Of a stretch of 64,000 bases of DNA, positions 11,692 to 24,688 are shown piece after piece. Below the pieces are notes generated by a model. That model made no database searches and had not been told where the DNA came from. It saw only the letters and a list, made by a program, of their open reading frames with translations. Numbering within the stretch: the first letter of the stretch is position 1; every line of letters begins with the position of its first letter. This DNA comes from Podarcis pityusensis. Taxonomy: Eukaryota. The translations under genes were made by a program, and so were the position numbers. The stretch is from NCBI GenBank assembly GCA_964106645.2, contig OZ067046.1. One strand, given 5' to 3'.

Positions 11692-12176
11692 TGTGCAAAG
11701 GAAAAACCCTTCCCCAACTTAACTCAGGTGCACAGGAAATGATTGCAAACAGGAATGAAGTAAACGCACAGGACTAATTTTTTCAGCTTGCAAATTTGAT
11801 AGAAAATAATTATCATTAGAACTGACTTCCCAGGAGATCACCATTTATCATCATCATCAGCTAATCAGGCTCTTGCTTCCGTAAAAATGAAAAAGCTGGC
11901 TTTAAACAAAAGGACTGAGCAACACCTTTCTAAAAACAAAAACAAAAAACCTGCCTCATTGTTTACTAAGCAGCATATCTTGCTGTACAGAGAAAACTGA
12001 ATCCCAGTAAAAGGAGTCCTGTTGAAACTGATAGAGCCCTTTTCCAAGTTCAAGCACTTCATGTGCATTAGCTTGGTAACCTTTGCAACCCTGTAAGGTA
12101 GGCCTGGAAGATCACCCCCCATTTTGCAAAGGTGGGGTGATGCTAAAAAGCTGGAAGTCACCCACTGAATCCAATA

Positions 12177-12418
12177 CAGTGGTACCTCGGGTAACATACG
12201 CTTCAGGTTACATATGCTTCAGGTTACAGACTCCGCTAACCCAGAAATAGTACCTCGGGTTAAGAAATTTGCTTCAGGATGAGAACAGAAATCGTGCTCT
12301 GGCGGAACGGCAGCAGCAGGAGGCCCCATTAGCTAAAGTGGTGCTTCAGGTTAAGGACAGTTTCGGGTTAAGAACGGACCTCCGGAATGAATTAAGTACT
12401 TAACCCAAGGTACCACTG
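12177..12418 (+). mobile_element. Tigger/pogo-like MITE, family A, copy 2
   Basis: Same TIRs and TA TSD; the internal catacgcttcaggtta unit is duplicated. Confidence 0.9.
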
Positions 12419-14919
12419 TACACAATTTTAAGCAGGAATTCCCTGATTCAAAGCTCAACATCTTAGCTTAGCCCTTGTGTTACATCAGTGTTCTGAAATA
12501 CAGCATAGGCTCTCCCCATCATCTGAAACCTTTACTGCAGATCACAGGGAGATCCTATGGGCATTCATCCAAAAAGTTTCCCAACCAATATATTTCCACA
12601 ATGTGTGGACAGCGGGGAGGTGAAGCAAGAAGTGGGGTGATGATAGGGATAATGTCCCCCCCACCTATGCACTAATGGGGTTTAATACCTGAATAGGGCT
12701 TCCATCTTTTCTAAACCCTAGAAAAATAAATTAATTTTTATTTATAAGGTTTACTGCATTAAGATCAAGGAGGCAAACAGCACAATAAAATAAACAGACA
12801 AGTGACGCAAAGTTCAAAACAGAACTGTGATTAAAAATACTGTAACAGCAAAAAAGGGTGCAAGGAGGACATTAAAGACCGCAATCCCACTAATTTCCAA
12901 TTTGACATTGAGCTACAGTCAAAGAAAGGACAACAATTTTCTCTCAAGTTGCCTTCCTCATTTACATGCTACAGATTAAGGTAGCACAGGTGAGTCAGTA
13001 TTCACTGCGATCAGTATTCACTGTTGCCGATTTCAGCCCACAAATTATATGTAATCAATTATACTTCCCCCAATTCGGACTGTTTCTTTTGGACTGAAAT
13101 GAATTATGTGAAATAACAGAATGACAATGTAACTTGCACAGTTAAATTATGTAATTTCGCCACAGAAGACTGTGAGATGAATAACGTTGGGGGTTTTTTT
13201 GCAGAAGGTGAACTGCAGCAGCATGGAAGCATTGCTGTATGTGACCCACTGAGGGCAGAACAGAGAACAATGCCTTCCTGCATCCGTAGTGAGGAAGCAG
13301 TTCTAAGCCCAGAACCTCTCAACTAGAAATGTAAGCAATTTCAGCCCCCTCCTGTGTTTGCCACAGTCAGTGCTGTGACTGTTCCGCTACAGTTTGGGTT
13401 CTGGTAAAACCTATACAATTTGTCTCACTGTCTGCAGAGGCTGAAACTAACATAAATATATAATAAATTTTGATGCATTTCATTGAAGGGAAACATCAAA
13501 AACGATACGTAGAATTACATTTATGTAATGCTTGCAGACTAAAAAAAGATATGATAGCAAATACTGCTCCCATTGGCTTGCCTAGTTTCCGTTCCTGGCC
13601 TTGGACAGGCATGCAAATTGTGGCTATTTCAGCTCCCATTTCCATTTTTGATGGAATTCTCCAAAATACCTACTCCCAACACTTATTCGCATAAGACAAC
13701 TTCACCAGCCTAGCAGGCACCAGTTGCTTAGAATGACAACTTCCATCAACCCCAGCCAGTGCTGCCTTGGTGTTCATGGGAATCAAGAGGACACCAAGTT
13801 GGTGATGCCTCATGTAAGGCATGCTTATTCAGCCTTTCTTCCCCCCACCCCCTAGTGATGAGAGTTATATGGAGTTCTTTTGTGTCTTCATAAAAGCAAT
13901 TCAGTTATCAGATCTAAATAGGACAAGTTCTGGGAATGTACCAAGACCAGGGCAGGGTCTACGCCCTCCCCACCCCAGCACCACACACCTTAGCGGACAC
14001 CTACAACATGCCCTCACATAATGCCCTCCCCATCACCTCAAAAACAGTTAGTTTCCATGGGAATGCAGCAAAGCCTGTTTCCATTAACATTAGTTCCGGG
14101 GGTTTTGTTATTAGCACGGATTCTCATTTGATTAAGTATTTAAAACCACATTTTCTAAAATCAATATTTGGAGAAGTGGAGTAATGTTTTTTTAAGTCTC
14201 AAAGTCATTAAAATATTCAGCTTTTCAGCTGTGTCATTAGAAGTGTATTTCAACCGAGCGTTTTTTCGCTCTGCCCCCCACCCGCTATCTTCCTTCTTTT
14301 TTAATCATACGGCTAAGGAGCAAAAGAGAACTGATATGGAAACCACATGAAAGACATGGCCTCAGTCCAAAAGGATATCATGCATCACCCTTGACTATAA
14401 CCAAATATTAATTTAATTGCAGCTTACATAATTATACTTTTATGGTGCTACTCTGTGCTGTTATAGTAGGAAACCAAACAGCATACAGAACACCTACGTA
14501 TGCTAAATAAAAATAAATCCCTGTAAAATTAAGCATAATATAAATGGGGAGCTCATTGACAGCTTGTTTTTTTTAAGCATGCCATATGTCCTCCATTCCT
14601 TTTGGCAAAGTGGACCAACACCTAGACAGTCTTAATGCATCACATTGCGCCAAGGCATGGAACAACATATGGGTTGTCTGTTGTCTAGGAACGATGCCCC
14701 CCCCCCCAACCAAAAAAGATGTTACTCTCAAGCAGTTTTGGCACATAGCGGTCTTGTCTACTTCCCACCATTCTGAAAGGAAAGGACATTTGAAAATATG
14801 AAGTCCCCTCTTATCTAAACAACCTTTGGATTAAAGGGTGGAGTGGGAATCACTATGGTTTCCTCAATACAGTGTTCCGATCATTTGATTTAAATAGCTG
14901 TAGTACCCTAATAGAATAA

Positions 14920-15140
14920 GAGAATTATTGAGTTGGAAGACATCCCAAAAGTCACCAAGTCCAACCCCCTGATCTGCAGGAATCACAGCTTAAAAACCCC
15001 AAACCTACAATGAAGGAGTCCATTCCACTTTCAAATAGCTCTCTTGCCATCAGAAAGTTCTAATGCTTAGTCTGAATCACCTTTCTTGCAATTTGAATCC
15101 ACTGGTTCAGGTCCTACCTCCTGGAGCAGCAGAAACAGAT
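14920..15140 (-). mobile_element. CR1 LINE 3' fragment (degraded)
   Basis: gagttggaag..aagtccaacccc and cagaaagttc..ctggagcagcagaaa resemble the reverse complement of a CR1 3' end. Confidence 0.6.
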
Positions 15141-15384
15141 CAAGTGGTGAAAACTAGGTACCTTGTAATGATTACACCTTTTTTAGATTCATTGTAAAAG
15201 GCCAAACTATATGGGCAATCTGTAACTGGACCATTAAATGATAAATGTACCTGGAAATAGGCCCAGTTTTGAAAAAGAGTGCAGTGTGGGAAGAGGGAAG
15301 GGAAGGCTTAACCCTTTCACCTGCACAGTTTTCTTAGTTAAAACCCCAACTGCAACCACTAGGTTGCTTAATCATCATTCAATG

Positions 15385-15808
15385 GCTCGACTTGGATGCT
15401 GTGTTTAAGCTACAGTTTAGTGTGATGAGAGTAAGCTACAGGCTCCCACTCTCTGCCCCCGTGTTGTGGCTGCAAGGAAAGGTTCAGAAGCTTTTGCTTC
15501 CAGTTTAGATTAACCATAGCTTGTTGAGTCATCCAAAGCAACAAATGATGATTTGTTTGAAACAAACTAGCCAAAAATGATGGGTTAAAAAGCTGGTTTG
15601 TTTAAGCAAAACATGGTTTAACAACATTAGCAACTGCTTAGGGTTCAGAAACTGCAGTAAGCAACACTGAACTGAACTGGAAGCAAAAGCTTCAGATCTC
15701 CTCCTCACAGATACACAGGAGGAGCCACAGATACACATAAGCCCAAAGATTGCTATGGCTCATTCTCATCACACTAAACTACGGTTTAGTGTGATGTCTG
15801 AACCCAAC
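15385..15808. repeat. Long imperfect palindrome (~420 bp), probably an old MITE
   Basis: Arms pair: tttagtgtgatgaga with tctcatcacactaaa, and gaagcttttgcttccagtt with aactggaagcaaaagcttc. Confidence 0.7.
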
Positions 15809-15910
15809 CAATGAAATTGACCCTTTCATGCTACAAGAGGAAGGCCAGAGACTACTTTTTGAAGCATCATTGAGATTTCTTTAACTCTCCCATCAGACAT
15901 GTTCTGGAAG

Positions 15911-16130
15911 ATTAGGATAAACAAAGAGGGGAGGGATTTGCTGAACTAACAAACTGAATTGGAATACAGAAAAGGGAGGCGTGAGGAGGTCCGGGAAATA
16001 AGCAAATGAAAGATAAGTGATTGAAAGACTGAATTGTTTTTAACTATTTTTATTTTGTATTTTTCTTTTTTCTTTTTTTTATTTTGTAATATTTTGAAAA
16101 TCTTAATAAATATCTTTTTTTAAAAAACAA
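15911..16130 (+). mobile_element. Short L1-like 3' end insertion
   Basis: T-rich 3'UTR, aataaa and A-rich tail, flanked by a 20-bp TSD catcagacatgttctg(g/a)aag at 15891-15910 and 16131-16150. Confidence 0.75.
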
Positions 16131-16859
16131 CATCAGACATGTTCTGAAAGCTATACATATCCAATCCAATTCCCAGCTGGTAGCGCAGAGCATTAACTTC
16201 ATTATTTTCTACAGCTCTTTGACCAAAATTACACAAGCCCACCTGTGGCCCTTCGCAAGTTATTTCTTTTCTTTTTGTGGCGAGTCAGCATTATTTCTGC
16301 TTTTCTGAGTTTCCCCACTCAAAATATAGGCATAGGAAGGATAAACAACTATTTGCATTCCTGAGATTTAAAATGCATACATGCTTCCACTTAAACAGTG
16401 TTAGAGAATAAGCCTTACTGACATGTCCCTCCTATACCTAAACAGACACATAACCAAAGCATGAAACAAGCACATAAGTCACAACCCAACCCATAGGTAA
16501 AACAATACACAAAGATAGCAACCTGACAGTTTGGGACTGTATCAGTCAGTTTAAACTGAGGCAGTATGTCTGGGGGGTGTGTGTTTTTTGTGCTATTTTA
16601 TAGTAACTGCGTGGTTTTTTTATTGGGTGACATCTTCGTCCTTACTCAGCTGCTGCAGTGCAGAGGAATGGATTTTTTACTTTATTGTTGAAGACCTCCG
16701 CAAAGGCAAGGGAGTGTCTGTTTTTCAGGCTCTCCAGATGTTGAACTTCAACTCACGCCAGTCCCTGAAATCACAGCCGATAGCCAGGGATGGTGGGAGT
16801 TGTGGTTCAGCAACATCTGGAGGGCCAAAGGTCCCCCACACCTGATATGATACAATGAC

Positions 16860-17563
16860 AACAGGTTAACAAATTTCCTTCGTCAAAGACCCACGTGCTG
16901 AAAAGCTCATGTAAGACCACAAAGCTGGTCAAACAGCCTTTCCACAGCTACTTCTCCCTCCTGCTTCCTTCTCCAGAGACTGTGCTACCACCAGTTCTGT
17001 TGCCGAAGGGGGGTTCGAGGATTTTAAATGATGAAAGCCGATCCTTTAAAAGTGATTTTCTGAGCTCTAGTTTACGTTGTCTTTGCTTTGTTCTGTCTAC
17101 AAAGAAACGGAAAGCTGACTTCCTGTTTAGACCTTCCCGTTTCAGTACCAAATTGAAGTAAATTTTTAAATCCAATTCCTTTCTGCTCGCAAGTCCTTAT
17201 TTAAAGTCCAATTATTCAAAGTTTAAGTACTCACGGGTGCTTATTTTAGAAGCCAAATTGTCCCAGGAAAAAGGCAGCGCTCTCTGGCAACGGCTGTGCG
17301 GCTTCGCTCCACGGAAAAAGCAGTTGACTCTCAGCACTGCGCCACTTCCCCCTCTTCGCTTCGGAGCCCATTAGTGGGTTCCTTTGTGGGTTGGGGGGGC
17401 GCTAAGGGTGCCCACCGAGTCCCATGGTCACAGGCTTCATCCGCCTGTGATTTTTAAAAGGGTCCCCGCTTCGCCGTAGCAGAAAAGACCCGTTTCGCGT
17501 GGAGCTAGTCCCTCTGGATCAGAGGGAGTCCGCCATTGCTGATGGCGCCACCCCGGAAGTCTT
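16860..17563 (-). mobile_element. L1-like 5'UTR/internal promoter fragment
   Basis: The minus strand starts gacttccggggtggcgccatcagcaatggcgg (ETS plus YY1-like motifs). About 300 CpG-rich bp are followed by A-rich sequence, resembling lizard L1 5' ends. No ORF1 follows. Confidence 0.6.
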
Positions 17564-18204
17564 CCTACCTGTCCCTTTGAAGTACATAGTACTGGCAACC
17601 AGGAAAAGAATGTAGTAACAACAACAAAAGTAATTTATTGTTATTATTAAAGAGGGCGGATTAACAATACATGCACCTTCATAATCGCCCCAGTAGTGCC
17701 AATGCATGTTGCTATTTATGCACCAGAAACAGATGCTTCATTCCAGTTTAACACAAATGTAGGTGTAGATCTGAACGGGAAACTGCCAATTCTCCATCCT
17801 AGACATAGTCTGCTGACGTGCAAATGTGCCACCAACCTCTGAGGCCAGAAAAAGCAAACATAGTTTAAACACCTGTTCAGATTTCAGCCATTTCCTTCAG
17901 ATCCGATCATTTTGCATTCCGGTTCATTGGATGAGTAACCTTGCATGGGTTGTATCTTCCTTGCATTTTGTCTGCAGAAACTTCTCGTTTCCCAACCTTG
18001 CTCACTAGTCTAATCTCTTCCCTCCCCGGTATTGCTGAGCATAGAGTCCCAACCAGTCAGACTGCCAGCTTGTTTTTCTGCCTGCCTTTTGGCTAAATGT
18101 CCCTTTCGTAAGAACGTAAGGGGTTCAAACTGGCGTACATGGCTCTTGTAGTAAACCCACAAGGCAGGGCAGCCTGAGGGGGGGGGGTGGAGAGAGAGAG
18201 ATAT

Positions 18205-18942
18205 TAGCTTATAGAAAAGGCAAGGAAGAAGTGATATGACAGAAGTTTATACAGTACAGTCATACCTTGGGTTACAGATGCTTCAGGTTGCGTTTCTTCG
18301 GGTTACGGACAGCCGAAACCTGGAAGTACCGGAACAGGTTACTTCTGGGTTTCGGCAGTCGCGCATGCGCAGAAGCGCTAAATTGCACTTTGCGCATGCG
18401 CAGAAGTGCCAAATCGCAACCCGCGCATGCGCAGACATGCAGAAGCAGGTTGCGAACATGCATCCCGCACGGATCACGTTCGCAACCCGAACATCCACTG
18501 TAACATTATGCATGACCTGGAGAAAGTGGATAGAAAAAAAGTTTTTCTCCCTCTCATATAACACTAGAACTCATGGACATACAATAAAGCCGAACATTGG
18601 AAGATTCATGACACATAAAAGAAAGCACTTCTTCGTGCCGTGCGTCATTGAACTATAGCACTCACTCCCATAGGAGGCAGTGACTTTAAAAGAGGACTGG
18701 ACAAATTCATGGAGAATAAGGCTATCAATGGCTACTAGCCATGATGGCTAGGCTTTGTGTCCATGGTCGGAGACCATAATGCTTCTGAACACCAGTTGCT
18801 GGAAGTCACAGGAGGCAAGAGTGCTCTTTTACTCAGTCCTGCTTTCTGGTTCCCACAGGCATCTGGTTGGCCACTGTGAGAACAGGATGCTAGACTAGAT
18901 GGGCTGCTGGCTTGATCCCACAGGCTCCCATTATATTCTTAT
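18205..18942 (+). mobile_element. CR1 LINE 3' fragment interrupted by a MITE
   Basis: Degraded ORF2 end (FFSLSYNTRTHGH..GRF..KRKHFF) and 3'UTR gaacaggatgctagactagatggg...ttcttatg. Confidence 0.8.
18257..18500. mobile_element. Tigger/pogo-like MITE, family B (GCGCATGCGC-rich)
   Basis: Termini cagtcatacc and atccactg with flanking TA. Three gcgcatgcgc at 18361, 18392 and 18423. Relative at 46889-47120. Confidence 0.8.
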
Positions 18943-19470
18943 GATTGGCCCATGTGAGATTTCTAAATAGGGATTTGAACTTGAGTTTCCCCAGGTCTCA
19001 TCTGATACACTAATCTAGTCTTCCCTAACGTAGTGCCCTCCAAAGGTTTGGACTACAACTCCTGCCCATCCCCAACCATTGGCTATGCTTGTTGGGGTTG
19101 TTAGGAGCTGGAGTCCGAAACATCTGAAAGGCACCAGGCTGAATGCTCTAACCACTACACAACGCTTCACTCAGGTAGGACATACAAACATGCTGTGCAA
19201 AACACAGAAAAACACCTTCCAATTTGCATATAACTGGCTGCTTGTCTGCACACTGTCTCCATCTTCCTGATGATCAAATGTCAGTAAATTTTGGCCCTCA
19301 AGATGTTGCTGAACTACAACTCCTATCATCCCGCCCATTGGGCATGCTAGATGGGGCTGATAGGAGTTGTAGTTCAGCTGAAGGTTCCCCGCTTTTGATA
19401 GTCACAAAAATGTATCTCACAGTCCATGACAGGAGCACCAAATGAACACCAAAGATCTAATTTGCAAGTA

Positions 19471-19696
19471 CAGTGGTACCTCAGCTTACATACGCTTCAG
19501 GTTACAGACTCCGCTAACCCAGAAATAGTGCTTCAGGTTAAGAACTTTGCTTCAGGATGAGAACAGAAATCGTGCTCCGGTGGTGTGGCGGCAGCAGGAG
19601 GCCCCATTAGCTAAAGTGGTGCTTCAGGTTAAGAACAGTTTCAGGTTAAGAACAGACCTCCAGAACGAATTAAGTACTTAACCCGAGGTACCACTG
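19471..19696 (+). mobile_element. Tigger/pogo-like MITE, family A, copy 3
   Basis: TIRs and TA TSD. Confidence 0.9.
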
Positions 19697-20049
19697 TAGG
19701 GAACTGAGGCCAACAAAGTCCTGAATTTGCTCACAGCCAATTGTTCAGGACAGGAGTTCAACCCTCTCAGATTCAGGCTCAGCAAGTCCCACTTAAATTA
19801 ACCTAAGGGTGTTACTTCTGGAATCCATGTGCGTGGGAACATTTTTCTGCCAAAAATAGTGTCTTGACACATTTATTTTTAAAATAGCAATTAAGAGCAT
19901 CCTCTCACACTAGCTTTTCAGGAAACACTTACAGAGACTTCCAAAACATTAATTCACTTAGACATCTTTGTCCTTAGTCAGCAGCTGGCTTTTCCAGAGC
20001 ACAGCACTGAGCAGGAATGAAGGAATGGTGAGCCAATTAGTGGGAACAG

Positions 20050-20370
20050 CCATAGCATCTGCTTTTCATGCAGAAGGTCCCAGGTTCAATCCCCGGCATC
20101 TCCAGATAGGTCTGGAGAAAGGTTCTCTGCCTGAGACTCTGGAGAACTACTGCCAATCAGGTCTGGGTGTAATCAGTGCCTGCATGGATAGTGTAGTGGT
20201 TAGAAGGTTGGACTAAGACCCAGAAAACCAGGGTTCAAGTCCCCACTAAACCATGAAGCTCACTGGGCCAGCCATCTTGGGCCAGTCACTGTCTTTCAGC
20301 CTAACCTGCTTCACTGGGTCATTGTGAAGATAAAATGGGGAGAAAAATGCATGCTACCTTGACCTCTTTG
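20050..20370 (+). mobile_element. tRNA(Ala)-SINE 5' part followed by a MIR/CORE-like SINE
   Basis: agcatctgcttttcatgcagaaggtcccaggttcaatcccc, then gtgtagtggttagaaggttggact..gggttcaagtcccc..ttgggccagtcact. Confidence 0.7.
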
Positions 20371-22840
20371 TAAATAAACTAGCCTGCTGAAAAAAAGAAT
20401 GAGAGCGAGAGAGAGTGTGTGTAATATAAGTTGTATGCCCTTGTTTGTCATTTTGATCCTTTTACATGGATTTCTACGTTTTGTGGTATTTTATGCATTG
20501 TAACTCACCGTTATTTTTATTGATTAGTTTACTGTAATTATTAAATGTAAGCTGATTATTCTTTGCTGATATTTAATTTTACTGTTTACTGTTATATTCT
20601 AATAGATTCTTGGATATTGCTTTATTTACTATAAATTTATTTTAAAGTTATGTTTTTATTATGAATTTTTTTTTATTGGATCAGATCGTTATTAGGTGTG
20701 TGATGTTTGCTGTCCATTTTGTTCTTCAGCTCGTAAACCGCTTTGTGCATGGTAATACAGAAAGGCGGTATACGAACTAAAAGCGAAATTAAATGAAAGG
20801 TCAAATTTGCATCTGTTGCTCCACCCCTTTACCCTCTGGCATATGACCCTGAGAAGATTACCCAATGGGTAGTTGCAATGAAATGGAATGGTCTCAGTTG
20901 TGGGGTGCGCATTTTTATTCTCATTTATTTATGGTTATTGCTTTGTCAAAATAAACTGTAAAATAAAATTTAAAAAAGAAGTATACCCAGCAGGAAATGT
21001 GACCCTCTTCCCCTTGTCAGAACTAACCCATGAACATGGGCAACCTCGTTCTATCCTCAAAGCAGGATAATAATATATTGATTTGAGCATCCTTAGAATC
21101 AGCAGAAGGCTTTTGGCTGCCAGCAGCATTAACACACAGCTGAGTTCAGAGGTAGACCTGCTCCGCTCTGTTCAACATGGCAACCAAGCCACCCCCTACC
21201 ATCCATGCAAGATGCTCTTGTGGGCAGGCACCCGGCTGGCACCTGGCAAACCTCAGCAGGAGGAGCTATGGTAGATGCAGCAGCCTGTTGACAGCGATGG
21301 TGGTGGCTGCTGGGGTTCTGGCACCCCTGTACCTGCCTGAGCATGCTGAGTGCTGGCAGCAAGGACACAGTGCAGCCAGGAGGGGAAGATACTCAGACAT
21401 CCAACCTGGCAATCACTGACTGTTTCCTACATAAACTGGGTTTCCCACAGACAGATGCTCAGACGGAGACTCTCAATGCAAATACTCTACGGCATGCGCC
21501 TGATGCTTAAACTTCTTTCTTCCCGCCTGACCTTTGCTGGATAGGATGCGAGTGAACTGTTCACCCTCTTCTTTTCAACATCTGTCCATAAACCATCTGT
21601 GAGCCATTTATCATAGCCCACCAGGCCAAAGATAAGAACCAGTGGCACAGTTCTGACTTATGCAGACTAATGCTTCAGACCCCGGTCACAGTGTAAAATA
21701 GGGGGAAGAAACTGGAGCAAAACGTGCTGGTCCCACGAAGGATTCAATATTCTAAACAAACAAACTCCTATTTTAAGAGACTATTTTGTGGCAGAACTCG
21801 TTTTCTCTCCCTCCCTCTCTTTGTGCAACAACTCCATTTTATAAATCATTATAATCTAGTAATAACAAGAAAGGGTGTTAGATACCGTGCCTGGAAACCA
21901 GATGCAATGTTCTTCTAAGAACTTAAAACCCAGAGATTGCTGCTAAAGCTGCCCATTTTAACATTTCTCCTCCCTTGTCTGTGGCATGCTTTCTAGGGAA
22001 AAATGCTGAAAACGCAGTAAAAGCCCAAATTACTCATGGATTTAGTCAGAGATTAACCCAGCTTTTCAGTAACTGTAGTACGGTAGTTTCTGAAAAGCCC
22101 AGCAAGGTCGATATTGATTTTAATGACATATTGTTTATTACTTTTAGGACACCGACAGAGCAAGATTTTGATGAATTCAGCCTTCCAACGGGTCCAAAAC
22201 ACATTGCTTCAAAAAACTGGCATTATTAGGCTCTTGAATGCTTTTCAGAAGCAAAAAATATCCTTTCCAGTTACGCTAGTCAGGACTACTTGCATGTGAT
22301 TAGGGCCACATCTGTGCCTTGCATTCAAAGCACCATGATATCCCTTTAAAAGCTGTGGCTTACCCCAAAGATTCCTGAGAACTGTAGTTTGTTGAGACCC
22401 CTGTTCCCCTCACAGAGCTATGATTCCCAGAGTTCCCCAAGAAGGAGGATTGGTTTTTACACCACTCTGGGAATAATCACTCCTCCATCCACAGGACTAT
22501 GACTCCCAGAATCAAGTTTTTCCTTCTCCCTCCATAAGACCTCGTTGGAGGAGAAGGCAGCAGTGAGAGAGAAGGGAAACACCTGAGAAACTTCAGCCTG
22601 TATTCCAAGCTTGTGTTTGTTCCTCCCACCCCTCAGGTATTTATGGGTGCCACCGCCCAGAGGAACAAGCTCAAGGGCTCTCGACTGTGGCTCTCAGCAG
22701 TGGATCAGCCATCAGCTGATCAAGCCTTGTTGACCCTATACTAGGAGTTCAGATTGGTGTGGCTGTTTTAGCACAGCTGATGTCACGGCTTGTGAATTGT
22801 GCATTTTAAACTATTGGTTTTTATTTTATTATTTCTTGTA

Positions 22841-23082
22841 CAGTGATACCTCAGGTTACATACGCTTCAGGCTACATACGCTTCAGATTACAGACTCCGC
22901 TAACCCAGAAATATTACCTCAGGTTAAGAACTTTGCTTCAGGATGAGAACAGAAATCGTGCTCCAGCAGCATGGCAGCAGCGGGAGGCACCATTAGCTAA
23001 AGTGGTGCTTCATGTTAAGAACAGTTTCAGGTTAAGTACGGACCTCCGGAACGAATTAAGTACTTAACCCGAGGTACCACTG
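22841..23082 (+). mobile_element. Tigger/pogo-like MITE, family A, copy 4
   Basis: TIRs and TA TSD; internal 16-bp unit duplicated. Confidence 0.9.
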
Positions 23083-23424
23083 TAATAGTATTTCAAGTAT
23101 TTCTTGTATGCCCTTCGGGGTAGAATTCTTATTCTGATTGTGCACAGTGCCATGTACATTGTTGGCACTGCATAAATAAATGATGATGGTGATAATAATA
23201 ATATTATGAAAAGTTCAGCATATTCTGTATCCTGACATTATTATGAGGTCTATTTGTTCCTTTCAGCCAATGGACAAGGAAAACACAAAATACTGTCGTG
23301 CTAGGATATGGGGCAACTAAACATTAAGACACCGATGCAGTGGGTGGTGGAGTCTGCCACAGTCCTATAGTCTTTGATGACAGCCCCACATTCTTATAGT
23401 ATGTCCATACCCTTTCTAAGAATT

Positions 23425-23560
23425 ACAGAATGTTAAAGTTGGAAGGGACCCCCAAAGGTCATTTAGTTCAACCCCCTGTAATGAGAAATCTTTTGTCCAA
23501 TGTGGGGCTCAAACCCATGTCCTTGAGGTTAAGAGTCTCACGCTCTACCCACAGAGCTAT
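23425..23560 (-). mobile_element. tRNA(Lys)-headed, CR1-tailed short SINE
   Basis: Reverse complement of gtagagcgtgagactcttaacctcaagg..gggtttgagccccacattgg..cccttccaact. Same family as 30270-30398 and 38955-39092. Confidence 0.75.
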
Positions 23561-24688
23561 GCAGCTCATTCCTTAGTCCTATGGGGCTGACCCACTCTTA
23601 TGCAAACCCACTATTCACTGGAAACAGCTTTAAAGTAAGTGGAAGATATTTTAGAAAAGGTACAGAGCACTTTCAAACTGATGCTTTTGTAAGCGTGTGC
23701 CACTTGAGTTGCCAGGAGCTACAGGACATCCAAGCTTTGTTTCTCTGTAAGCCAGGAAAATTATGCATAAGGGGTTCTGCTGCCAGAAACCTTCTTAATA
23801 ACCCAATTCTGCATATGTCCAGGATAAAAACTGCACCTTTTGGCCATAGCTTACCCCCAGATGATATGGCAGATGGTCACCTGGCCCCCATTAAAAGAAG
23901 TGCAGAATAAAAAACGACACCTATCAACGTCTGGAAGAGATCCAGTCACTAGTGTTATAGAGTCAAAATTCTACTTAAGATTTCTTTGTTCCTTTCTTCC
24001 TCTGCAAGTGAGGGGTGAAATGGACTTGAATCGAAACCACCCCTAATCCTGAAAATTCACTGAGTACATTGGGCAGCTTCCCACAGAAAGCAGAGCAAAA
24101 GCAGCACGCAAAGAGTTAATGTTGTTTTATAATGGATTGGCTTCTTCATTTCAGTAGCCAGAAACCTTTTACTGTACATAATATGTTGCCTGATTCTATT
24201 CTGATGTGCAGGTGTTAACCCATGGGAAATAAAAATAGTAATTTTCAAGCATCTACTACTTTCCAGTAAGTGTTCTTATTGTCATTGATTTATTAAAATT
24301 CCCATGGTAAAAAGAATAAAAAGGGATTGGGGGGGGGGGAGATAAACTGCAGGGTTTGTTTGTCTTTTGTGTGATACAAAATGAAATGCCAGCTATAATA
24401 AACTAAGCAATTAAGAGAATTTTTTTCCTTATTATTAGAAGAAAGAGATGGAGACAACAAATGCACAATGCACACATTTTGCTCTGCAGTGTAAATAGAT
24501 TGAAGGGCGTAAAACTTGATGCTGTGTGCCATTGTGCTCAGAAATGCACTTGAATGAATGTGATGGTCTAAGCCTTCAGCATTAGGGCTGGGACATATCT
24601 GGTTTTCAACACTTTCAACACAATATATCACAAGCTGAACATCACGATATACCAAGAAATCGCGATGTCTGAATTAAGGATGGAGCTA

